Source of the DNA: Stylophora pistillata
Taxonomy: Eukaryota
Length of the DNA stretch: 64,000 bases
Direction: 5' to 3'
Assembly (NCBI RefSeq): GCF_002571385.2
Contig: NW_019217950.1
Location: 497,134-561,133, forward strand
Shown: in pieces, positions 11,852-24,324 of the stretch
How the letters are laid out: each line of letters begins with the position of its first letter
Position numbering within the stretch: the first letter of the stretch is position 1
The notes under the pieces: generated by a model
Told to the model about the DNA's origin: nothing
Database searches by the model: none
Seen by the model: only the letters and a program-made list of their open reading frames with translations
Position numbers and translations under genes: made by a program

Positions 11852-13836
11852 ATGGCGGACGGTCACGTTTTTAGAGCTCTTAGATACTGGATCATTCTGC
11901 TTTATTTCTACGTTTGTTTCTCTGGTGCACTCCTTCCCAAGACTAATCCTGACCTCGATATATCTGGTGATACTCTTCTCTTCATTTCTCACGGTCTGAC
12001 GACAGTGAAAATTCAACATTTTAACCATCGGTCACCGAGCTCGCAACATGCAAAGAATCTCCAGCTGCCGAATTCAAGACTTCTACTCCTTGGATGCCGT
12101 TTTACGATTAATTCCTCTCTTTCCTTACTACTTATTCGTCTCGCAAATGATGTTGAACTTCAACCTGGTCCTGTTGGCTCCTCTAGTTCACATGACATCC
12201 TGTCTGATCTTCGGGATTTGTCAACGAAAAATGGGCTTAAAATTATTCATCAAAATATCAGAGGCCTCGTGGCGAATAAGGATAGTCTATGCCAAATGAT
12301 CGATGATTCCAAGCATATAGACATCATATCCCTCAGTGAGACTCATCTATCGGACAGTGAAGAGGCTCAAGTTCAACTGGATGGCTATACGTTCATTAAT
12401 AGACCGAGGAAAACAGGCAAAGGTGGAGGTGTGGGAGTTTATATCTCCTCTTCTGTCCCCTTTCATAGAAGACTAGACCTGGAACGCGATGGGATCGAAT
12501 GTATCTGGATAGAAATTCTATTTCCAAAATCTAAGGGTATCCTTATTGGTTTTATTTATCGCCCCCCGAGTTCTTCAAAGCATCTTTGTGCAGATTTTGA
12601 AAATAAACTGGAGTCGATGCTTTCTGCTGTATCATCTGAAAACAAAGAATGCATTTTGACAGGCGATATCAACTGCAATTATTTGGTAAGCTCAGACAAC
12701 AAAGAACTGAAGGCAATGCTATTGTCTTTTGGCCTTAAACAGCTAATCAAGGATCCCACGAGGGTAACGCAAGATTCAAAAACACTGCTAGATGTGATTT
12801 ACACAAATCGCCCTCAGAATGTTTATAGTGTTAAAACCATTCCCGCCGGCTTAAGTGACCATGATATGATTGGTTGTGTCCGGAAGCTGCATAACCATAA
12901 ATTCCAGCCAAGAACCATCACCTGTCGAAACTATGCTAATTATGATCCTATATCCTTTTGCAATGATTTACGGTCCAATAGTCTCACACCTGTCTTTAAA
13001 TCCTCCTGTGTTAATGAAGCATGGTCTTTTTTGAAAGCCATTCTGAAAAAATGTATTGATAAGCATGCGCCAGCTATAAAGAAGAGGATCAAAGGGAAAC
13101 TCTGCCCATGGCTTACACAGAAGGTAAAGCAAGAAATGAATACCAAAGATCAGCTTTTGAGAAAAGCGAGAAAGACAAATCGTGAAATTGACTGGTCTTC
13201 GTACAAGCGCCAACGAAACAAAGTTAACGGTATGGTAAAAAATTGCAAAAGCAGGTATCACCGTGAACTCTTAGAGGAGACTGTGGGTTCACCTAACAAA
13301 TTTTGGTCAGCTATTAAAAAACTATACCCTACAAAGTCTACAAAGGAACCAGGAGCAGCTTTTCTCGTTAATGGAGCAGTAGAAACCGACAAAGAGGTTA
13401 TTGCAAATTCGTTCTGCAAATTCTTCACTGATGTTGCGGGATCTCTAAAAAGAAAGATCTTCCCTCTTTGTAATTTTGTCTGGAAAAGGCCCCTTACAAT
13501 AGACACTCAGCAGCCGCTAGAGAACTTTGAGTTTAGATCAGTCTCGGATAAGGTTGTCTTTAATGCATTAAAGAGCCTTAAGAGAAATAAGTCCTCTGGC
13601 CTTGACAACTTTCCTTCTGGAATGTTAAAGGACTCTGCTGATATAATAGCCAAGCCTCTCACGCATATAATTAACCTGTCTCTCGCAACAGGGTCTATAC
13701 CTACTGACTGGAAAGCGGCTAAAATTGTACCACTTTTTAAATCTGGTTCAATGGCCGAAATCGACAATTATAGGCCTATTTCAATACTTCCTTCAATGTC
13801 AAAGATCCTGGAGAAAGTGGTATTTAAGCAGCTGAT
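11852..13836 (+). CDS. CR1/L2-group LINE ORF2: 2A-like motif, AP endonuclease, start of RT (runs into gap)
   Basis: DVELQPGP; HQNIRGL, LSETHL, GGGVG, YRPP, GDIN, SDHD (APE); KSSGLD, WKAAKIVPLFK, NYRPISILP (RT). Open up to the N gap. Confidence 0.9.
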
Positions 13837-14469
13837 NNNNNNNNNNNNNNNNNNNNNNNNNNNNNNNNNNNNNNNNNNNNNNNNNNNNNNNNNNNNNNNN
13901 NNNNNNNNNNNNNNNNNNNNNNNNNNNNNNNNNNNNNNNNNNNNNNNNNNNNNNNNNNNNNNNNNNNNNNNNNNNNNNNNNNNNNNNNNNNNNNNNNNNN
14001 NNNNNNNNNNNNNNNNNNNNNNNNNNNNNNNNNNNNNNNNNNNNNNNNNNNNNNNNNNNNNNNNNNNNNNNNNNNNNNNNNNNNNNNNNNNNNNNNNNNN
14101 NNNNNNNNNNNNNNNNNNNNNNNNNNNNNNNNNNNNNNNNNNNNNNNNNNNNNNNNNNNNNNNNNNNNNNNNNNNNNNNNNNNNNNNNNNNNNNNNNNNN
14201 NNNNNNNNNNNNNNNNNNNNNNNNNNNNNNNNNNNNNNNNNNNNNNNNNNNNNNNNNNNNNNNNNNNNNNNNNNNNNNNNNNNNNNNNNNNNNNNNNNNN
14301 NNNNNNNNNNNNNNNNNNNNNNNNNNNNNNNNNNNNNNNNNNNNNNNNNNNNNNNNNNNNNNNNNNNNNNNNNNNNNNNNNNNNNNNNNNNNNNNNNNNN
14401 NNNNNNNNNNNNNNNNNNNNNNNNNNNNNNNNNNNNNNNNNNNNNNNNNNNNNNNNNNNNNNNNNNNNN

Positions 14470-15230
14470 AAGAGCTGCGAATTGGTTTCTCTTCAGTTCC
14501 AAGGGATTTCGATCCAGTTTCAATAGATGGTAAACACATGAAATTGGTTAAACAAGCCAAACTCTTGGGTGTTACCATCTCCGAAGATTTGAAATGGAAC
14601 GCTCACATAACTGAGATTACCAAGAAAGCAGCAAAGAGAACCTATTTCCTTGTTCAGCTAAAAAGAGCTCACGTTCCACCAAAAGACCTTTGCCTCTTTT
14701 ATACGGCATGTGTACGATCCGTAATCGATTATGCAGCACAAGTTTTTCATTACTCTCTCCCTGAATACCTCCACCAAGAACTAGAACGTATTCAGGAAAG
14801 ATCCATGAGAATCATTTGTCCTGGTATGCAATACGAACAGGCATCAGCTATTATGAATCTTCCAACTGTGAAAGACCACCATGAAAATATGTGTACAGTA
14901 ACATTTCGCAAAATAATGAATGATCCTCAGCACAATTTAAGCAAACTTTTACAACCCCGCTATGTCAGCTCTCATAGGTTAAGGCACGAGCGTACCTTTG
15001 GTTTGCCACTTTGCAAGACAAATAGACTTAAAAAACAGTTTTTTTATTGCTTCGGCCAGAATAGTCAACAGCCACAAATAATGTACAAGTTCCCCCCCTA
15101 ACGACGAACTACGTATTTTTTTAATAATAAGATGAATACATGTACATAGTAATTTTTATTTTATGTCTGTGAATACGCAATTCAGTTCATGCTGCGAAGT
15201 ATTTACCAATGAAGTATCTATCTATCTATC
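14470..15230 (+). mobile_element. 3' end of an L2/Crack-like LINE with (TATC)n tail
   Basis: KLLGVTISEDLKWNAHI...FYTACVRSVIDYA...LERIQ...KTNRLK; tail TATCTATCTATCTATC. May or may not be the same copy as the 5' part across the gap. Confidence 0.8.
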
Positions 15231-15381
15231 TTGGAGGCATACAAGCATGGAGACTTCCGTCTTCGAGAAGACGCAAAGTCTTGGATCCTGCTGTATGGGA
15301 TTGACCAGTCAAGCGGTGCAATAAATGTCAATATTTGCACTTTCTTTAAATTTTCTTTTATATCATTTAATTGTACTTTAA

Positions 15382-15887
15382 CCCATTGACACCTGACACG
15401 TGTGTAACAACCCTAACTTTCCCTGAACCGCTCGTAAAAAAAGGCGATCATATTACAATCTCACCCCACTCTCCCCTAGTGACTCTTTGTGTTTTGTTGC
15501 CCTAGTGACTTAGGAGGACAATTATCCAATCATTTGGCCTCCAGATTTTGACAGCTGATTTTGAAAGCTGATTAGCGGTGCCACGAGAACGGGATTTTAA
15601 AAATTTTCGCATTGAAGCGCGTGCGGTAGACAATGTCTGACAAGATTCAATTAGATCCCGGAGTCGCGGCACTTTTCGAAGACTCAGGGCGATGAAGGAA
15701 GCTTTGATGGATTCGATGAGCTAGATAGGGATAGGTTAAATTTAAGTAATGATTCGGATTTAGATTTAGATGGATTAGAGGCTGAAGACGATGACACAGA
15801 TGCTGAAGAAGAAGAAGCTCCCTGGACTGACCAGCTCGACGATATCCAAGTTCCCCAGTTCCTGGCCTCTACAGGCATCAATCTAGT
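15382..15887 (+). mobile_element. Truncated piggyBac-like left end with acidic transposase N-terminus
   Basis: TTAA followed by CCCATTGAC; ATG at 15633 leads to an acidic tract and PWTDQLDDIQVPQFLASTGINL. No right end found. Confidence 0.55.
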
Positions 15888-16363
15888 ATTACGATTGTTG
15901 TGATTCTTTCGTCTGTAAACGTTGCTACAGGCAATTGCAGAAATATGACAAACTAAACAACGAACTTAATGAACTAAAAGAAACTCTAAAGAGACATTTT
16001 AAAAAACCAAGAACATAGCGAGCGTTCAATGAAGGAGAAAAATTCCGGAAATCTTCAAAGTCATCGAAGTCTCCCGCATCTTGTTTTCAAGTATCTACCG
16101 AAGCGGAGCCTTCTGATTTTTGTTATTCAGCTTCTTTGCAAAATATTTCGCCCGTACCTGGGGAACACTACCAACCCCAAGAAGCTCAGCATTTTACGGA
16201 AATTAACGAAGAGATTTTATATAAAAATCCCTCCCAATGCACTCCAAACACCTCACGCTGCAGAGCCCACAACAATTGCCTTCCCAAGTAATTGGCCTAA
16301 CCAACATACATATGCTGTACTTGTACCAGTATTACAAAAAGTTAACACTCCAGTTATCGTTAA

Positions 16364-18290
16364 TCAGCAGTAGAATACCAATTTTCTAACTTCATTTGAA
16401 CCTCCAAGAAGTACCTCTACACCAATAAAAAGCCTGCACAAACCAATTAAGAATGATGTGATCGTCACTATTCGATATCCTAGTAAAACCGCCAAGAAAA
16501 CATTAACGGAAGAGTATGAAAGTTTGGGGAAGTCGCTAGTGAATGGTCCTCCACAGTATATAGCAAATGCTGCCTTGAAGTGCAAACCAATAGCGAAGCT
16601 CGTCGTTGCAAATGCGTTACGTCAACGTTCGCGGGAAGTAAACCAACTTTCTTGCGTAAGTCAAGTAAAGAAGACTTCAAAGACTTCAACTTAGAGTCAT
16701 TATGCAAAGAATGGGAGGAAAAGGCATCCACTTTTTACTCTTTTCTCATGACGGTTGCTGTGACCGGGAAAACAGAAATAAGCTGGTTACCCAGTGTTGC
16801 TGTAGCGGGTTGGATACTCTTGAAGTAAAGGAATCGTCACCTTAGTGCTACAGCAAATGCTATCGATATTATGCTGAAAACTGGATCCATTGAGGTACCA
16901 TAACTATTTATATGATCTATTAAATAGCAGCTTGAAAGCCTATACATATTTAAGCCTAAGTTAATACAGGAAGGGAAATAGAAATAAAAAATTCTAATTT
17001 ATAATATTCAATCAGCATTGTCACACCAAAATAATAGTGATTAATGTGCATTAATTAAAATAATAGTGTAAACTGAAAAAAGAAGTAATTACTTATACTC
17101 TGTTTGAAGTAGGCTTAAAGCTCACGATTGTAAATTATTGCAATATGGATTTAACCTTTGTTTTCTGTCCTCTGTATTCAGGCAAACCTTAATCGTCTAT
17201 GCAGAATGAAAGTGACCTGCTGTAATCAAACCACTTTAAACAAGATGACATTGGTTGGTGAGGGTTATGACAGTACATTCCTGAGTGCCAAGAAGCAAAT
17301 AACTGCTGAAAATCAAAAAAGGGAAGATCTTGAGTCAAAGATTGGGAAGATATCCAGTACTACAGCAGAGAGGAATAACCATGCTCAAGAGCCAAGACCA
17401 TCAGCTTTTAATAACAACCAGTCCTCACCTTCAACCGAACCATCTTGCACTAGGGAAAGTACAGAATTAGATGCGTTCCAAAAAGTTTTTTTGGAATTTC
17501 TCTTATTCTGTCACAAAGGATTTGCATTAGTGTTTGATAATATTGATATTGAAATGAAACCCAAGAATATGACAATGACAAACTAAGCCAAGAGTGTTCA
17601 TTGGGTAAATCACAAGATGGTTACACACAGAGTGTATGGAAATCACCTCCCATACTAAAATGCTCAAAATGTATTGATGGATGTACCCAATATTTCATTC
17701 CTACCTTTAACACAAGACTACAGGAGGCAGAGACATGATTACATTGTTATGGTGGCCAGAATACGCAGTGAATACTTCAAATGTTTTCATCTTTTCCAAG
17801 ACTCATGTGTGAAGCACATACCTCATAAGTATTCCAGTGAGATGTCTCAGAAATCAGAGAAGGTATAATTTGAGCTGATTAATTTATATGATATGTGAAA
17901 TACATATTAAACTTCAGTGGACCAGGACAATTTTAAGAGACTAGACCATTTACCAACAACCACCCCCCCCCTCTAAGAATGTGCTTATAGTGAGAATCAT
18001 TTAAAGATAAAAAGGTCCAATGATTCATAATATAAGTCTATAAATATATTATATTTCAGTTTGAGCAAGTTATTTTTGTGATCATTATGATACATTTTAC
18101 TTTTCCATTACATATAGGTCCCTCTTGGCATTATATTTCGGAATGAAAATGAGAATGATGGAATGCTTGAAATTCTGCAAAAGTTCCAAACCTACATACC
18201 AACCTTTCCTGCAGATGATGACAAGTTCGATGCCCAAATTCTTACAGGGGATCAGGTTTCAGTTGATAGAGCTGTGAATGTTGTGATTTA
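16364..18290 (+). pseudogene. AcademH-type transposase (DUF6589-like) multi-exon relic
   Basis: FALVFDNID, VHWVNHKMVTHRV, FLP...YIVMVARI...HIPHKYS, VPLGII...NEN...MLEIL, TGDQVSVDRA motifs, with stops and frameshifts. Confidence 0.7.
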
Positions 18291-18392
18291 CCGTTGCTAA
18301 TCGTGTATGGGAATAACTTTGCATAAATTAAAAAAATTGTTTCCGCTGACTAAAATTTTTGTGGTTCGTCTCAAATCATTCCGATTTTCAAA

Positions 18393-18556
18393 ATGGCGGT
18401 CAATGTGACTACTTTTCATCGAGCAATTGAGAGTGTTTGCGACGTTTTCAAAATTGCTTCACTCTATACCAAGCAAGAAAAATGTCTCCAAGCCCTTTTT
18501 GAAGGAAAAGGAATGTCTTCAAGTCTTCCCACTGGATACGGGAAATCATTAATCTT
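18393..18556 (+). pseudogene. RecQ-like helicase fragment (AcademH-associated)
   Basis: KQEKCLQALFEGK...LPTGYGKSLI (Walker A region), directly after the DUF6589-like relic. Confidence 0.65.
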
Positions 18557-21500
18557 GTGGGGAATTAGCGAGGGGCCCACACTGTCACTCTTCTCTTCCA
18601 GAATTTATTTTCAAAAAGCAGACAGAACAATATTACGCGAGGTCTCTGACCGACCAAAAAACTACTCACACTGGTTTTCTTATCTCATGAACACACCTTG
18701 ATCAAAACGTAAGCTGATTGGCTTTAAAGTTCTTCCCAACAAAGATAAACAAACTGATTCATCGGAGCGAGCAGATCGTGACACTCGATTTCCGGCAGAT
18801 AATTTTGAATCACTGCAATACTAATTATCCTGTTTCCGACAATCTTGTATGCAGCGCCAATCGTCGCCGATGAACTGCTCTCGCGTCCAGTAGTAAAATA
18901 ATTGTGATTTCATCACTTCAAACATGATGGTTGAACAAGGAGTAGGATTCGCTTTAACGGGTAACAGGAAAACGGAAGAAAAAAAGGATTTCGAGCTGAT
19001 AATCTTTCGAATCGTAGAGTTCACAACACAAAGATTCGTCTGAAGAGCCCTTCGTTTCTTTAAAGTCGACAGGCAATTTCTCAAAATGTAAGCGGAAGCT
19101 ATAGACACTTTACACTACAGCGACAGCTACTCCTCCCCGACGTTAAAACTCGAGCGAGCTCTTCCGTCCGTCAACGGGATTTTTATCGGAATTCTGAACG
19201 ATGTTTTTCCCCACAAAGAGCACACAAACTCATCGCTAATTCACGCACATGTTATTGTGAGAGCAATGTGTACTTTAAGAGGAGGCTTCACATTTCAGAA
19301 GTCAATTCCCCGCGAAATTGATAGCCAATCGAAACCTGTGGTTCACATGATGTAATGATCTATGAGTAACAGCCAATGAGATCATTTTCCGCACATTCCG
19401 GGAAAAATCACGTGGTCCCCATACACAATTAGCAACGGTAAATCACAAGACACTCCCTCCCCGATTTTTTGAGGGGATGCTGTACACAGGCTAAGTTGAA
19501 TAGTGTTTGAACCTTCCTTCATGTCCCGAGTCATTTTCCACTGGATTAGTGCCCGACGAGAAGAGAAAACAAACAACCACGAGACGATAAGTATTTGGTT
19601 CTTGTTTTGGACTCTTTTTATCCTTGATTGGCCGTTTGATTGGTTTCAATTTTGCCTTGATCTTTTTACGGCTTTCATGTTTATTGCGGAGTGTACTTTA
19701 AATTTTCGCTAAATTTTGTGTTGCTGCGAGTTTGGATTTTTTTTTTCTGTTTTGGCTATTCAATTGGTTTAGTCTCCATTGGCAGATGTTTTACAAAGTT
19801 TGGCTGCTGAATTTTAATTCAATAAATCTTGATTGGAAACCCGATCGCTGTTGTCCGATGTGTTGTTTATCTATTTCATAAAGTGTTAGTGCGCTCCACT
19901 GGGTTTTCTTTGCCGTTTACAATTTTTTATTTCGCACTGGTGTATTTTTCGCTTCTCCTGCCTTTAACAGCTTTCAGGCGTTCTAACCTGATAGAAACTG
20001 GAATGGTTATAAAAGAATAATAATAAAAATGATTAAATCCGAACTACAACGCGTTAAAAGAGCTCATTTCATCGTCGCGTTATTCACCCATGACTACCTT
20101 CCATGGTAAAACTTTATTTCTTGTGTAATCACAATGTTTCCTTCACCAAGCCACTACAAGGCCTCACCGCCACCTTTAATAACCTGCTGTTAAAGGCTGA
20201 CTTTGACACCAGAAATGTAACCCATCACTGTAACTGATCCGTTAGTTTTAAGAAAATAATTGTTTTTAGTTTCTCTTGTATGATATCAATTTACCTTTTC
20301 CCAGAGCTTCTCATTTTCATGATGATATAATCATTACTGATAATTTGTTGATATCGTTTCGTTTCTTTATGAACAGCGTATGGCCACGACATTTCTCATC
20401 AACGAGGCCATCAAAAAAAATGGCACTTTCCCCAGGGAAAGTGTGGCCACTCTGTGCCGATTGGGCGGATGGTCTAAAAGAGTGTAACATGGTCTCTTTA
20501 CGTGAAAGATGTTTTTGAGAAACACCTTGATACAAGCTCCTTCTTGTATCAGTAAGGAGCTCAACATTTCCATACCCTTTGAAAAGTTGATGTAAAAAAT
20601 ATAAGCAGGTTTCTTTTTTTATTCTTAAACTGATCAAAAGTAACTTTAATACTATGTACCATTTTCAGAGACCTCAGTACAGGTGATCGTACCACGTACC
20701 TCCAAAGCATCAAGTTGGCCTACAATTACAGGGTCAGAAAATACCTTCAGACCATGGAGGACTGTTGTGCCGAGGTAGGATTTGAGTATTATCTCAACCA
20801 CGACACAAGTCCAGGTTTTTCAATTGGAAAGGTGGAGAAAGGTGATAAATATTGATATTTCTTCCATGTAACAAGACAATTAAACACAAAGTTTAACAAT
20901 TAGTGAGGCAGAGCATGACGTGAACTCAGACCAGAAGATTTTTCTTTAATAAAATAAAGCATTTCTCAAAGTTCCTTTTATCAACATTAAGTATTGCAAA
21001 GAAAATATGTAGATATTTCAATTTTATATTCTGTATAAAAGGCTAAAAGATTAGTCTATAGAATATATTTTACTAAGCAAACATTATGGACATATTACAG
21101 TTTTACTTTCTCTCTCTTTTTTTAGAACTTGAAAATATGAAAAAGGGGGAAAAGGATGATTTCCAAGGTGTCTAAACACTTTCCTTCTTTAAATCGATGT
21201 TCTCATTGAGATCAAATTGTCGCAGACAAAAGGATCAATGGAGTTTAGTAATGAAATATGTTTACAATACTCAACACATGGATATCTACTTCATTATTTC
21301 AAAGCAATCAGTGCTTCATAGAAATTTATTTTATTAAACTCGTGACATTTTGATTTTCTCTTTCTTTTTTTGTTACGGATTTACAAAACCACCAGTGGTT
21401 GTGGACCATTTGAAGACACTGGCCAAGTCGGAGAGGGGGAAGGATCTGTCATAAGGAGATTCTCTCCCCTTGACTACTCCGTAAAACTTAACGGTTTTGT

Positions 21501-21885
21501 AAAATACCCCTTTCAAGGATGCGACTTTGAGACCGATGTTGGAACACAGATGACGAGCCACCAACAGGAAGTGCACCACCCTGGGTGGAATAGACACGAC
21601 AGTACCAGAGCAGATTATTCTAAGCCTTGCCAGTGCAGTCTGAGGACATGCCAGAAGGCTTTCACAACGCGGGACAAGTTTTACAAACACATGTAGTCCC
21701 AGAGCAAGCCTCTGGCATGTCCTATTTGCAAGTTACAGGACAGACCGCATGCCAAGGTTTAAAAAACATCTAAAAGACCTCCATTCTCTACTTGCACATG
21801 ACCCATAATCATTTGCGCCTTGGGGGGTAACTGTGATTCACTCGACGCCATTTTCTTTTCGTGGCGTGACATTCGCTAGCGAAAA

Positions 21886-23480
21886 ATAGGGAAATATGAC
21901 TTTTGCTGTGCCATCGGCTGCTCAAACAACCGCAAAAGAAACCCAGAATTACAGTTCTACAGGATTCCTAAAGATTCTTCTCGAAGAAAAGCTTGGATTC
22001 AACGAATTAGACGCGAACACTGGGAGCCTTCTGACAATACTCGCTTGCGTTCTGCACACTTTGTTGGTGGAGTTAAATCTGATGATTCGCAAAGTAAATC
22101 ATACACTCCACCAATTTTCTGTCACAGCCACAATCTCCAGACGCCTAGGAGAAGTAGAAACAGTCTCAAAACAATCGAAAACGATGAAAACATTCCACAA
22201 AAGCCAAAACGAAGGAGGCTTGTACAGGTAAGCTTTCTTGAAGTATATTCAAAAGTATATGTGCCATAACCCAATCTAAAACACGACCTATACATATTCA
22301 AGCATGGTTTAACGAGTATGTAATATTCAACATGTTTTTAGGGATGCAAGGAGGTAAAAGGAAGGCCAAAACAAGAAGTGCCATGCATAGACGACCACAA
22401 TGTTTGGGGAGCCTGTTTAAGCTCAGACAACAGCCTTAAAGAACACGACTACTGTAGGACACAAATTGACTCAAACTCTTTGAAACTAGATCAGTCAGTT
22501 ATAGATGAGTTGACAAGATTACACCAGAGAGTTGCTGAACTAGAAGAACAGAATGACTGTCTTCAGTCACGTTCTCTGAACCTTGATAATTTGAAAAATA
22601 ACGACAGGCAGTTTCAGACATTTACTGGCTTTCCTAATTACAGTACGTTCAAGGCTCTCTTTGACTATCTGGATTGCATTGCATTAGATAAAAAGAAGAA
22701 TTGGAGAGGATCTAGTATGCAAGCTAAAGCTTCCTCAACAAGGCAAACACAAGCTAAACTGACCTTGGAGGAAGAGTTATTTATGGTGGTAGTTCGTCTA
22801 CGTTTAGGGTTGACACTGACAGACTTAGCCCTTCGATTTGGAGTAAGCGAATCTACGATCAGTAGAATTTTTACAACATGGATCTACTTACAATACTTTC
22901 ATCTCAACGATCTTTGCCAAATGCCTGAGTATTGGGAAGAGCTAGGAAAGCCAGAAGAGTTTGCAGGATTCCCAGATTTGAAGGTCATTGTGGACTGCAC
23001 AGAAATCTTTACGCAGAAACCATCCTCGTTAAAAGCTAACAAGGAGATTTATTCTAACTAGAAGTCTCATGCAATCAATGCTTGTGCTGCAATCGTCTAC
23101 ATTTCACGGGGATGGGGGGGGGTAGGGTTTCAGACAAACATATAACAGCTAGTAATATAGATTTTATTGGAACATTGCAGGAAGGAGATGAGGTGACGGC
23201 AGATAGAGGGTTTGATATTGGAGATGTTTTAGGGGAAAGTGGTGTACGTGTAACTATACCAGATTTTAAAGGACAAGGTAGATCACAGCTGAAGAAATCA
23301 GAGGGCAAAACATCAGAGAAAATAGCAGAGGCAAGGATTCCTGTCAAAAGAGCAATCCAGAGGATCAAGACATACCATATTCTTGACAATGAAGTACGCT
23401 TGTCCATGGTTCACCTCGCAGAGCAAATCTTTACTGTTTGTGGGTATTTAGTAAATTTTCAGTCACCCATAATCAAATAA
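21886..23480 (+). pseudogene. THAP + HTH_Tnp_4 + DDE_Tnp_4 transposase
   Basis: FCCAIGCSN...FYRIPKD...RRKAW...SAHFVGG (THAP); intron 22228-22341; EHDY, LRLGL...LALRFGVSESTISRIF, VIVDCTE, ADRGF, RAIQRIK. Premature stop and frameshift. Confidence 0.85.
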
Positions 23481-23754
23481 ATAACTAAGTTTAATAATAC
23501 TTATCAGAGTTGTTGTTGCAAAACATGTAAGATACATAGTAGCCATCAAGACATAATGAACAAGAAACATAAAGGTCTAGCTTTTTATCAAAAATAAGCA
23601 ATTTTGATTGTGTTGTCTTGCAAAAACCCTGTTAAAAATATTTATTTTGATCCTAAAATGGTGATATTTTCTGTAATGAAAAATTTATTCACTGCCACAA
23701 TGTATTAAGTATAAATGAGTCATGACTTTTAATGCAAAAAAGTTCTACAATATA

Positions 23755-24324
23755 TTAATAAANTCCAGTCATACTAGAATAATGCCTGAGAGTTTCTGAT
23801 TCAGAATCAATACCATCCCTCATGTACTTAGATTCATAACGTTCGTTATAGCCAAGAATGTCTCTTATAGCTTTTGTAGGACTTGTGGTTTCTCTAATTA
23901 GAGCACGCTTGCATTGAGATGCTGTAATGCGGGGAATGCGCTCATTGAGCCACATACTGCTTTTTGACTGATCTCGTGTCAACTGCTCTATTTGCTCTAT
24001 CTTGGTATCATCTACAGTGATATGCTCCAGTATTGATTGTGTTTTGTTGTATATATCTTGCAAAGATGCAGGATGAACATGAAGAGGGCTCAGGAAATCA
24101 TCTGTGCTGTCAGTTTCAGTAGATTCTGTTTCAATTTCTACTTCAGAACAGTATATTAGGCGAACATCATGTCCCTGTAGTATGTCTGGCAGATTTGTAG
24201 GGATTGGAGTACTGATACTTTCCTCCCTCTTTGATCCAAGTATATGGAAAATAGGCGGTAGTGCTTTTCCTTCATTTGCAAGGAAAATGTTTTGCTTTAA
24301 TTCCAATTTTCTCTCATCAATCAA
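23755..24324 (-). pseudogene. YqaJ/lambda-exonuclease-like protein fragment
   Basis: IEQLTRDQSKSSMWLNERIPRITASQC...MRDGIDSE, the N-terminal YqaJ motif; truncated. Confidence 0.8.

Noticed and set aside
18821-21780. Possible helicase-like (18821-19200, minus) and C2H2 zinc-finger (21600-21730) scraps
   Set aside because: Too degraded to assign; only isolated motifs with stops.
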